In this document: in pieces, positions 54,300 to 62,905 of the stretch
Layout: each line of letters opens with the position of its first letter
Numbering within the stretch: the first letter of the stretch is position 1
NCBI GenBank assembly: GCA_035288845.1
Contig: DATDZB010000009.1
Location: 8,814 to 72,813, forward strand
From: Candidatus Nanoarchaeia archaeon
Lineage (GTDB): Archaea; Nanobdellota; Nanobdellia; SCGC-AAA011-G17; GW2011-AR18
DNA length: 64,000 nt
Direction of reading: 5' to 3'
Notes under the pieces: generated by a model
Databases searched by the model: none
What the model was told of the DNA's origin: nothing
Seen by the model: only the letters and a program-made list of their open reading frames with translations
Made by a program: the position numbers and the translations under genes

Positions 54300-54425
54300 A
54301 ATTTTGAAAACAGTTACTAATTTATAAACTTTACTATTGTTGAGTTATAACATATTAAAGAAAACATAAATAAGTATATTTCTATTAAACAAAATAAAAT
54401 CAAACTCTATTTTTATAATATTAAA

Positions 54426-55211
54426 TTACTTAGATCTAAATATCTTAAATAAATTAGAAAAAAATCCTTCATTTGTCATTTCTATTTTTTCATCATATTT
54501 TAAATCTAATAAGTCAGCAGCAAACTTTTTGTATTGAATTGCAGCTGCACTTTTAGGATGAGTATGAACAACAGGTTGTTTCTGAACTAATGCATGTTTA
54601 ACTGCTCTATCTTCAGGAATAATTCCTATAATTTGAACTTCTAAAATATTTTCTATATCTTTCAAAGATAAATCAGGATTTTTAGAATTTGTTTTTGTAA
54701 CTAATACACCTAAAACTTCTTTCTTCATTTCTTGACAAACTTTAACTGTTTTTAATGCATCTGTAACTGCAGGCATTTCAGGTGTTGTAATAATAACAAC
54801 TTGATCTAATGCTTTAATTGCAGACAAAGCTTCTTTAGTTAAACCAGGAGAACCATCAACTAAAATAAAATCACTATGACCATCTAAATCTCTAATAACG
54901 CCGCTTAATTTAGCATGATCAAATCTTTTTGCATCTCTTAAAGAAATACTTGCAGGTAAAACTTTAATCCCGCTAGAATGTTGAAAAGTAGATTCTAATG
55001 CTTCTTTTTTTCCTCTTAAAACATCATGTAAAGTTGAAGAAGGAATAGGATGTCCTAAATAAACACCGACATTTGGACTTGTTAAATTTGCATCAACTAA
55101 AGTAACATCTTTACCAAAATAATTTAATGCAGCTGCAATATTAATTGCACTTGTAGTTTTACCAACTCCACCTTTTGCAGAAATACAACCAATAACTCTA
55201 GATATAGCCAT
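54426..55211 (-). CDS. minD: MinD/ParA-family P-loop ATPase
   Basis: Deviant Walker A 'SAKGGVGKTT' and 'ILVDGSPG'. Confidence 0.85.
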   Translation of the reverse strand: MAISRVIGCISAKGGVGKTTSAINIAAALNYFGKDVTLVDANLTSPNVGVYLGHPIPSSTLHDVLRGKKEALESTFQHSSGIKVLPASISLRDAKRFDHAKLSGVIRDLDGHSDFILVDGSPGLTKEALSAIKALDQVVIITTPEMPAVTDALKTVKVCQEMKKEVLGVLVTKTNSKNPDLSLKDIENILEVQIIGIIPEDRAVKHALVQKQPVVHTHPKSAAAIQYKKFAADLLDLKYDEKIEMTNEGFFSNLFKIFRSK

Positions 55212-55256
55212 AAAAATATTATTGTTATTGAATTAATAAATGTTTCTCTAAGAATT

Positions 55257-55802
55257 TTATTCTGTTATTGGCGTTATAGAAATAATTTCTATTTTAAGAT
55301 TGGGATTAACAGGATTATATATAAGAGTAGTTCTTAAATTTGGACCAACAAAACGGCTAACAAGGTCAAAATGTCTTCCTCTCTCATCGACACTAGAAAC
55401 ATATCTAAAATTACCACAACTATCTTTTTCAAATAAATTAAAAGTAGTAGTTCTAGCAACTATACCGCTATCATCAATAACCATTACTCTTGAACCTGCA
55501 TAAACTTCTTCTAAACCTTTTCTAGGATTAACAGACTTAGAAGTAACTTTTTTCCCATTAACATACCAATCATAAACCTTTTTACCATCTTCAGAAGAAA
55601 CAAACAACCTATCTCTCCCATCAACAGTTTTAAATTCTAAACCTAGAGGTGTAGTATTCATCTTCAAATTTGTTTGTCTAGAATTAGAACAACCTTCAAG
55701 AACTCTTCCAACAATATAAGGAGTAAGTTCTAGTTGTGGTTCAGCCCTAGCATCATAAGCTAAAGCAGTCAAAGCAACTAAAGGTAATATTGAATTTTTC
55801 AT
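55257..55802 (-). CDS. secreted hypothetical protein
   Basis: Signal-peptide-like 'MKNSILPLVALTALAYDARA'. Confidence 0.5.
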   Translation of the reverse strand: MKNSILPLVALTALAYDARAEPQLELTPYIVGRVLEGCSNSRQTNLKMNTTPLGLEFKTVDGRDRLFVSSEDGKKVYDWYVNGKKVTSKSVNPRKGLEEVYAGSRVMVIDDSGIVARTTTFNLFEKDSCGNFRYVSSVDERGRHFDLVSRFVGPNLRTTLIYNPVNPNLKIEIISITPITE

Positions 55803-55847
55803 AAATAAAAACTAGTAGAAAAAATTTATAAAGCTAACTTTAGAAAT

Positions 55848-56291
55848 TTATTTCATATGTCCTATAATAAGATTAACAAATTCTTTAGTCTTTTCTAAAT
55901 AATCATAAAGATTGTCAACTTTAATTTCCATAACATCTTTAGTTTTAGTAATTAATGTAACATTTTTTCTAAATTCTTCTCTTGGCGTATATTCAGCTTT
56001 ATCAATTTTTTTAAGCAAGTTATACAAAATAAAATATTTATTAAGAGGATTTCCTAAAATTGATCTAGCAAGTGTTGCTCTTTCTTTCACATTTGTAGGA
56101 ACATCTGGAATTTTTTTATTCTTTCTCATGTGTTCTAAAAACTCTGCCATAACTAATTCAAATGCACTAATCATTCTATGAATTGCATTTTTCATTATAT
56201 CACACGTTCTAGTATACTTCAAAGAAACATAGACCAAATGATCTGCTCTCTTAAGTTCTTCTTGAGGAGTATCCTCGTTAATTTCATACAT
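55848..56291 (-). CDS. helical hypothetical protein, paralog of 56284..56760
   Basis: 'LKRADHLVYVSLKYT' and 'YTPREEFRKNVTLI' parallel motifs in the upstream ORF. Confidence 0.5.
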   Translation of the reverse strand: MYEINEDTPQEELKRADHLVYVSLKYTRTCDIMKNAIHRMISAFELVMAEFLEHMRKNKKIPDVPTNVKERATLARSILGNPLNKYFILYNLLKKIDKAEYTPREEFRKNVTLITKTKDVMEIKVDNLYDYLEKTKEFVNLIIGHMK

Positions 56292-56760
56292 TTTGTCTCA
56301 AACCATCCTTGAACTTAATCATTATACTACGTAATGCTTCTATATAAAGGTAAAGCATTTTAACATCTAAAATTTTAATTAAGCTATAATCATCATTGCA
56401 AATTACAAAATTTTCCTTTCTAGAAAATTCAATTGGACTTTCTTTATGTTGTTTTATTATATTATTAAGTTCATTCATACTAATTATTATTTTTCTATCA
56501 AAATTATTTTTACTAAGAATTTCTGTCTCAAATAATTTTAATTTAGATTCAAAATCAGTTGGTAAGTAATTAATTTTTTTATTTAGTTTTTCATATAAAA
56601 GAATAGCTTCAATAATTAAATTTCCAGCATCAAATAAGTGATAAACAACTGACAATAAAATTTTATTTTCTTTAAGAATGGGATAACTAACTTTTGCTAA
56701 ATGATCTGCAGTATTTAGTTGTTTTTCTGCTTCTTTAACCAATTCTAGGACTTTTAACAT
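56284..56760 (-). CDS. helical hypothetical protein, paralog of 55848..56291
   Basis: 'LNTADHLAKVSYPIL' and 'ESPIEFSRKENFVI'. Has an 8-nt overlap with the downstream paralog. Confidence 0.5.
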   Translation of the reverse strand: MLKVLELVKEAEKQLNTADHLAKVSYPILKENKILLSVVYHLFDAGNLIIEAILLYEKLNKKINYLPTDFESKLKLFETEILSKNNFDRKIIISMNELNNIIKQHKESPIEFSRKENFVICNDDYSLIKILDVKMLYLYIEALRSIMIKFKDGLRQNV

Positions 56761-56791
56761 ATATTACTGAATGGTAGTAAAAATATATAAA

Positions 56792-57118
56792 CTATTCCTT
56801 TTTAAGCTCTAAAATAGCTTCTGCTAAGTCACCATTATTTCTTTCTAAAGCTTTTTTAGCTTCATCCTCAGAAACACCTGCTTGTTCAGCAACAGTCTCA
56901 ATATCTTCTTGACTTATTGTGCTTTCTTCTTCAATTGTACCAGTAATTTGTAAACTTTCTTGTCCCATCATATTTACTTTCATAACTTCAGGATCTCTAA
57001 TAACTAAATTGCCGCTAGTAGTTTTAATTATAACTTCTGTAGCATCAATTTTTTCTTGTTTAACACCCATTCTTTTCATTGCTTGTTCTAATTGTTTAGG
57101 ATTAATATTCGGCATCAT
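56792..57118 (-). CDS. nac: nascent polypeptide-associated complex protein (archaeal NAC)
   Basis: 'NPKQLEQAMKRMGV', a NAC beta-barrel segment and a C-terminal UBA 'EDEAKKALERNNGDLAEAILELK'. Confidence 0.9.
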   Translation of the reverse strand: MMPNINPKQLEQAMKRMGVKQEKIDATEVIIKTTSGNLVIRDPEVMKVNMMGQESLQITGTIEEESTISQEDIETVAEQAGVSEDEAKKALERNNGDLAEAILELKKE

Positions 57119-57169
57119 AGTTTATAGTATATAGGTCAGTCTTATAAAATTTTCTGAAGTAATTAATCT

Positions 57170-57817
57170 ATGACAATTGAATTATATTTAATAGGAACTC
57201 AACATTTTGATCCAAATGGTCCTAGAAGATTAAGAAAATTATTAGAAAATAAAAGACCAGAAGTAATTACTGTAGAAACAGATCAAGATAGAATAGATAA
57301 TTTAGAAAATTACTGGAGAGAATTAACTCCAGAAAAATTAGAAAGAGTGGCAATAGATTTACATCAAAGAATGCCTGGATCACACATTGAAGGCATTAGA
57401 AATTATTTAACAGTTAGTGGATACGAATACAAAGAAGCAAAGTTGTATGCAGATTCTCATGGAATAGAAATAATTCCTGTAGATAAATTTGACGAAGAAT
57501 TTCAAGCTGCAAAAGGAGATTGGAATCATCCAATAAATAGAGACTCAGTAAAATTTCTAAAAGTAAATATACCAAGATTAAGAGAATTAGTAGAGAGAAG
57601 ATATAATGAAGAAACAATAAAAATTCCAGAAGGAATTAAAGTAACTTCTTTAGAATATAGAGATGCACATATGGAAGCAAAAATAAGAGAGCAACATGGA
57701 AGAGTAGTTCATATTGGTGGCATGGCTCATTTCTATGGAGCTTACATAAATTTATATGATAGGTTAAGAAGTTTGGGTGCTAAAAAAATAAAATTAAATG
57801 AAGCAGATAAAATCTAA
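57170..57817 (+). CDS. TraB/GumN-like family protein (tentative)
   Basis: 'LYLIGTQHFDPNG...RPEVITVE' and 'VVHIGGMAHFYG'. Confidence 0.4.
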   Translation: MTIELYLIGTQHFDPNGPRRLRKLLENKRPEVITVETDQDRIDNLENYWRELTPEKLERVAIDLHQRMPGSHIEGIRNYLTVSGYEYKEAKLYADSHGIEIIPVDKFDEEFQAAKGDWNHPINRDSVKFLKVNIPRLRELVERRYNEETIKIPEGIKVTSLEYRDAHMEAKIREQHGRVVHIGGMAHFYGAYINLYDRLRSLGAKKIKLNEADKI

Positions 57818-58366
57818 TTAAAAAACATATTTCAAATAAACACCTCTAGCATTCAGAGGATCATCAAAGAAAACAGAACTTGAAATTTTTCTATAGGCTG
57901 TAAAACCACCTCCAAGATTTTTAAAAATTCTACGAGCATCAATATTAACAGCATTAAAACCATTTCCTAATTGACAAACCCCAATAACAGTTCCTTTAGT
58001 AGTTAATCTTAATTCTAAATGATGAACACTTGTATATTCTCCGTGATCAATTGCATTAAATATAGTCTCTGACATAAAAAGTGGAATTTCTCTTTTCTTA
58101 TTACCACTTAACATAGTATAAAGAAATAATGGATCTGTAGAATATGGAATTGTATTAAAAAAACGATAATTGAAAAACCTATCTAAATCAAAAAGCAACT
58201 GTTCGGATTTCGATTGAGAAAAAGAATCAATAGATTTATTTTTATCTCCAGGCAATTTTCTAGCATTATTGAAAAATACATCATAATCTACAGAATAAGA
58301 TTTACCAGCTACAAAACCGATTTCATCAAGTGCTTTCTCTAGAGTTAAATCATAAGCAAGGACCAT
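57818..58366 (-). CDS. hypothetical protein with GHKL/HATPase_c-like motifs (tentative)
   Basis: 'SETIFNAIDHG' (N-box-like), 'LGNGFN' and 'LGGGF'. Confidence 0.35.
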   Translation of the reverse strand: MVLAYDLTLEKALDEIGFVAGKSYSVDYDVFFNNARKLPGDKNKSIDSFSQSKSEQLLFDLDRFFNYRFFNTIPYSTDPLFLYTMLSGNKKREIPLFMSETIFNAIDHGEYTSVHHLELRLTTKGTVIGVCQLGNGFNAVNIDARRIFKNLGGGFTAYRKISSSVFFDDPLNARGVYLKYVF

Positions 58367-58411
58367 AGGTAAAAATTAAAGGAAAAATTCTTAAACCTAA
58401 CTAAAGAAAAT

Positions 58412-59899
58412 TTAATCTTTTTTCTTCTTTTCTGAATTCCAATTTCTAAGAAGTTGAATTGCCATTCTTACACCAACACCTGTTCCACCATAAGGAGTTA
58501 AAGGATTAGTTGGTTTAGTAGTCCAAGCAGTTCCAGCAATATCTAAATGAGCCCATTTTTTACAATCAACAAATTCTTTTAAAAATAATGCAGCAGTAAT
58601 TGCTCCACCATCACTAGGTCCGCAGTTTTTAATATCTGCAAATTTACTTTTAATAGATTCTTTATATTCATCATACAAAGGTAATCTCCAAACATGTTCT
58701 CCAGATTTTTCACCAGCAACAGTAATTTTATTTGCTAGTTCATCATCATTACTAAACATACCAGTACAATGAGTTCCTAAAGAAATAACACATGCACCTG
58801 TTAAAGTTGCTAAATCAATTACAGCTGTAGGCTTATAATTTTTAGAGTAAGCTAAAGCATCAGCTAAAATTAATCTTCCTTCAGCATCTGTATTAATTAT
58901 TTCAGCTGTTTTTCCATTATAAAATTTAACAATATCTCCAGGCTTGTAAGCATTTCCACCAGGTAAATTTTCAGTTGCAGGAATTAGTCCTATTAATTTG
59001 TAAGGTAATTTTAAACTAGCAGCTGCTTGCATAATTCCTAAAACACTTGCAGCACCACTCATATCATATTTCATTTCATCCATTAAGTTAGCAGGCTTTA
59101 ATGAAATTCCACCTGAATCAAAAGTAACACCTTTACCAACAAAACAAATTGTTTCTTTTCCACCTTCATATTCTAAAATTATAAATTTAGGAGGATGATC
59201 ACTTCCTCTAGAAACAGCAAGTATTCCACCCATTCCCATTTTTTCCATATTTTCTTTTTCAAAAATTGTACATTTAAATTTAAATCTTCTAGCTAATTTT
59301 TTTGCTTCATTTGCTAAATAAGTGGGGGTAACAACATTACTAGGTTTATTTTGTAAATCTCTCACATAATAAACAGCATCAGAAATTACAATTGCATGTC
59401 TTATTGCTTCATCTATTTCAGAAAAATTATTTGCATTAGCTGCAATAGCAAATTGTTCAATTTTATTTAAATCTTCTAATCCTTGGGTTTTAAATTCATT
59501 AAATTGATATAAAGATAATTTAACAGCTTCAACTGCTGCAAAAGCACCATCATAAGGAGGTAAATCCTCAAACAAGTATAAACTAAATTCTTTAATCCCG
59601 TTTTCTCTTAAATAAACAGAAACCTTACCTACACTTTCTTTTGCTTTTTTAACATTAAAATCTTCTTTTTTCCCTAAACCTAAAAGAACTAATTTCTTAA
59701 TATTTCCATTAAGTCTTAACATGAAAACTTTTCCTAATTTAGCATTAAATTCTTTATTCTTAATTACTTCACTTACTAAACTACCAGAAATAGCATCATA
59801 AGGCTCTAAATCATGAGAGTTTGAATTTTCATATAAACCAATTACTAAAGCTTCAGTTTTAAGTTCTTCTAGATTTTTTGTAAATAAAATTATTTTCAT
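58412..59899 (-). CDS. pepA: leucyl aminopeptidase (M17)
   Basis: 'VGKGVTFDSGGISLKP' and 'NTDAEGRLILADAL'. Confidence 0.92.
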   Translation of the reverse strand: MKIILFTKNLEELKTEALVIGLYENSNSHDLEPYDAISGSLVSEVIKNKEFNAKLGKVFMLRLNGNIKKLVLLGLGKKEDFNVKKAKESVGKVSVYLRENGIKEFSLYLFEDLPPYDGAFAAVEAVKLSLYQFNEFKTQGLEDLNKIEQFAIAANANNFSEIDEAIRHAIVISDAVYYVRDLQNKPSNVVTPTYLANEAKKLARRFKFKCTIFEKENMEKMGMGGILAVSRGSDHPPKFIILEYEGGKETICFVGKGVTFDSGGISLKPANLMDEMKYDMSGAASVLGIMQAAASLKLPYKLIGLIPATENLPGGNAYKPGDIVKFYNGKTAEIINTDAEGRLILADALAYSKNYKPTAVIDLATLTGACVISLGTHCTGMFSNDDELANKITVAGEKSGEHVWRLPLYDEYKESIKSKFADIKNCGPSDGGAITAALFLKEFVDCKKWAHLDIAGTAWTTKPTNPLTPYGGTGVGVRMAIQLLRNWNSEKKKKD

Positions 59900-60037
59900 G
59901 TTCTCGAGTATTGTTAGGCATTGTAAGCTGTTTATTAAGTTTACTTTCCAGCAAACAAAGATGATGAAAAATATACTTCAAAGTAGCATATTAACAAAAC
60001 AAAACATAAATAAAGGAAATTATATAAAAATATAAAA

Positions 60038-60748
60038 ATGGGACTTAAAATATATAACACTTTAACAAGAAAAATAGAAAATTTTAAACCATTAAAAGAT
60101 AAAGAAGTAAAATTATTTGTATGTGGTCCTACTGTTTATGATTTTATTCATATTGGAAATGCAAAAACATTTGTTCAATTTGATATTATAGTTAAATACC
60201 TAAGGTATAGAGGTTACAAGGTATTTTACATTCAAAACATTACAGATATAGATGATAAAATAATAAAAAAAGCTAATGAAGAAAAAGTAGATTGGAAAGT
60301 AATTTCTAGTAAATACGAAAAAGCTTTTTTAGAAGATGTAAAAAGTCTAGGAATAACTTCAGTAGATAAATTTCCAAGAGCAACAGATTACATAAAAGAA
60401 ATAGTTTCTCAAGTTAAAAGACTAATTGAAAAAGGGTTTGCTTATAAAATTTCTGATGGTTATTATTTTGACCTTTCTAAATTTAAAGAATATGGAAAAT
60501 TAGCAAAAAGAACAACTGCTGAAGGAGAAGATGCAGTTTCTAGAGTTGATGAAAATACTGAAAAAAGAAATAAAGGTGATTTCTGTTTATTAAAGTTTAG
60601 TAAAGAAGGGGAACCTTTTTGGGAAGATGTTTTAGAGTTGGAAGTTTCAAATGAAGAATACGAAAGGAGGGTTAAAGAAGCTATTGAGAAAGACGATAAA
60701 GAATTTTTAAAGTTAAATAATATAAATAAAACAAAATGGAAAAAATAA
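60038..60748 (+). CDS. cysS: cysteinyl-tRNA synthetase, N-terminal piece
   Basis: 'CGPTVYDFIHIGNAKT' (HIGH) and 'KRNKGDFCLLKFSKEGEPFWE', followed by about 35 aa of unrelated K/E-rich tail and a stop. Confidence 0.9.
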   Translation: MGLKIYNTLTRKIENFKPLKDKEVKLFVCGPTVYDFIHIGNAKTFVQFDIIVKYLRYRGYKVFYIQNITDIDDKIIKKANEEKVDWKVISSKYEKAFLEDVKSLGITSVDKFPRATDYIKEIVSQVKRLIEKGFAYKISDGYYFDLSKFKEYGKLAKRTTAEGEDAVSRVDENTEKRNKGDFCLLKFSKEGEPFWEDVLELEVSNEEYERRVKEAIEKDDKEFLKLNNINKTKWKK

Positions 60749-61609
60749 TGTTATGTAATGGTGGATGTGGAAACAAAGCCAAATATAGCGGCTGGTGTGA
60801 AATAAGATGGAGAAAAGAAAATAGAATTAGTGTTAAATGTCCGAAAGCTGAAGAAAAGAGAGGAAAAGCAATTTCAAAATATAGAATAAAAGAATCAAAA
60901 CTTGGTCTTAATCCAATGCAAAATCCACTAATATGTAAAAAAAATCATTCTATAGAAAGAAACAAAAAAGCTTCAGAATCATTAAAAAAGTTAGGAGAAC
61001 TAAAACTTTTACCTCAACAAATAGAAAGTAAATATAAAAGCAGATTAAGGTTATTAAGAATTAGAAAAGCTTTACAAAAACTTGCAGCTGAAGGAAAGTT
61101 AAATCATCAAATTGAATCATTAGAAGAAAAAAAATTACGTCATAAGAAAATATCTGAAACTGTAAAAGAATTACATGCAAAAGGAATTTATAAAAATAAC
61201 ATTCCAAAAAAAATAAAATATAAATCAAAAGTTAATGGAAAGATATACTTGCGGTCTAAATGGGAATTAGATGTTGCAAAATTTCTTGACAAGAATAATA
61301 TTTCATGGTTATACGAGCCATTTCCAGTTCCTTATTTAGACAATAATAAAGAAAAACATGTTACAATACCTGATTTTTATTTGCCAAAATATAATCTAAT
61401 TATAGAAGTTAAAGGACTAAGAAAGGATTTTATTAGTAGTTATACAATTAACAATAAAATAGAAGGAATTAAAAAAGCAGGGTTTAAGTTTTATTTATGG
61501 ATGGAAAAAGAAATTCAAATGATAAGAAAGAATAATACTAATTTATTATTAAATAGTATTAAAATCCTGGAGAATAAAAACAATGCCTAAAATAAAAATT
61601 AAATTAAAA
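60629..61609 (+). mobile_element. homing-endonuclease gene insertion splitting cysS (approximate boundaries)
   Basis: CysRS similarity stops near 60628 (..FWED) and resumes near 61610 (..RPGWHIE). The boundaries are estimated from the E. coli CysRS sequence recalled from memory. Confidence 0.5.
60736..61590 (+). CDS. free-standing homing endonuclease: Cys-rich N-terminus + NUMOD3-like repeats + PD-(D/E)xK-like nuclease
   Basis: 'NHSIERNKKASESLKKLG' and 'LRHKKISETVKELHAKG' (NUMOD3-like). C-terminal 'RSKWELDVAKFLD...WLYEP...IPDFYLP...LIIEVKG'. Confidence 0.7.
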   Translation: MEKIMLCNGGCGNKAKYSGWCEIRWRKENRISVKCPKAEEKRGKAISKYRIKESKLGLNPMQNPLICKKNHSIERNKKASESLKKLGELKLLPQQIESKYKSRLRLLRIRKALQKLAAEGKLNHQIESLEEKKLRHKKISETVKELHAKGIYKNNIPKKIKYKSKVNGKIYLRSKWELDVAKFLDKNNISWLYEPFPVPYLDNNKEKHVTIPDFYLPKYNLIIEVKGLRKDFISSYTINNKIEGIKKAGFKFYLWMEKEIQMIRKNNTNLLLNSIKILENKNNA

Positions 61610-62395
61610 TTCAGACCAGGCTGGCACATCGAAGATACAGCAATAACAGAAACATTATTAGGTCAACAATATGATTTACATGGCGGAGCAATAGATTTAA
61701 TTTTTCCACATCATGAAGCAGAAATAGCACAAATGGAAGCAATATCTGGAAAAAAACCTTTTGTAAAATATTGGTTGCATACCGGTTTCTTACAAGTAAA
61801 CAAAGAAAGAATGGGTAAATCAAAAGGAAATTTCTCAAGAGCAAGAGAAGTATTAAAAGACTATAATAAAACAGCTTTAAGATTTTTATTTTCATCTACA
61901 CATTATAGAAAACCAATTGAGTTTTCAGATGAATCTTTAGAAACAGCAAAAAATAATGCAAATAAATTAAATGAATTTTTGTTGAAATTAAATAATTACA
62001 AATCAAAATCAAAAGATAATAAAGAAATTTCTAAATTAATAAAAGAAACTAAAAATAAATTTGAAGAAGAAATGGATAATGATTTTGAAACAGCAAATGC
62101 AATAACTTCAATATTTGATTTTACTAAAAAAATAAATAAATTAATTTCAAATAATGAAATTTCAGAAAAAGATTCTAAAAAAATAAAAGAATTTATGCAA
62201 GAAATAGATTCAATATTTGGAATTTTAGAAGAAGAGATAGACGTTCCAAAAGAAATAAAAGAATTAGCTGAAGAAAGAGAAAAAGCAAGGAAAAATAAAA
62301 ACTTCAAATTAGCAGATCAATTAAGAGAAGAAATAAAATCTAAAGGTTATTATATTGATGACACAGAAACTGGAATAATAATCAAGAAATTGTAA
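61583..62395 (+). CDS. cysS: cysteinyl-tRNA synthetase, C-terminal piece
   Basis: 'RPGWHIED', 'DLHGGAIDLIFPHHEAEIAQ', 'RMGKSKGNF' (KMSKS) and the C-terminal 'KNFKLADQLREEIKSKGYYIDD'. Confidence 0.9.
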   Translation: MPKIKIKLKFRPGWHIEDTAITETLLGQQYDLHGGAIDLIFPHHEAEIAQMEAISGKKPFVKYWLHTGFLQVNKERMGKSKGNFSRAREVLKDYNKTALRFLFSSTHYRKPIEFSDESLETAKNNANKLNEFLLKLNNYKSKSKDNKEISKLIKETKNKFEEEMDNDFETANAITSIFDFTKKINKLISNNEISEKDSKKIKEFMQEIDSIFGILEEEIDVPKEIKELAEEREKARKNKNFKLADQLREEIKSKGYYIDDTETGIIIKKL

Positions 62396-62434
62396 TAAAG
62401 TTATTCTTAAATAATTTTCTAAAAATAGTTTAGT

Positions 62435-62905
62435 ATGAAAAAATTAAATTTAGCTCAAATAGTAATATTAACTCTAAGTTTAGCTTCATTAAATGCCAAT
62501 GCAGAGGAAGCATCAAAATTAAATGATAAACAAAAAGTAGAAATGGCATTAAAAGCTGCAAGATTATTAAACGCACAATTTCCAGTGCCTACAACCCCAC
62601 AAAGAGATAGAGATAATGCTTTCAGACTAAATGAATCCTATTACGAATTTGGTGCAGATAGGGGGAAAAACAGAAAACATAAAGGAATAGATATCTATGG
62701 TTATGGAAACTACAATAAAGCAGAACAATTATACGCAAAAGGAAAAGAAGGTTTCTATAGTAAAGATTCTAAAGATTGGTGCATAGCGCAAGATTATTTT
62801 AGACAAATTATTGCTTTAGGAAAAACACCTTTAAGGAAAAAAGCTCAACAAAGTATTAGAACATTAGATAAAAAATTAAAAAAAGAAAGTCATAAATGTA
62901 ATTAA
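62435..62905 (+). CDS. secreted hypothetical protein
   Basis: Signal-peptide-like 'MKKLNLAQIVILTLSLASLNANA'. Confidence 0.5.
   Translation: MKKLNLAQIVILTLSLASLNANAEEASKLNDKQKVEMALKAARLLNAQFPVPTTPQRDRDNAFRLNESYYEFGADRGKNRKHKGIDIYGYGNYNKAEQLYAKGKEGFYSKDSKDWCIAQDYFRQIIALGKTPLRKKAQQSIRTLDKKLKKESHKCN

Noticed and set aside
60629-61609. The insertion in cysS might be an intein.
   Set aside because: The insert contains stop codons in the cysS frame. Its ORF is in a different frame and overlaps both flanks. There is no Cys/Ser at the N-junction, no HN-C/S/T at the C-junction and no Hint-domain blocks.
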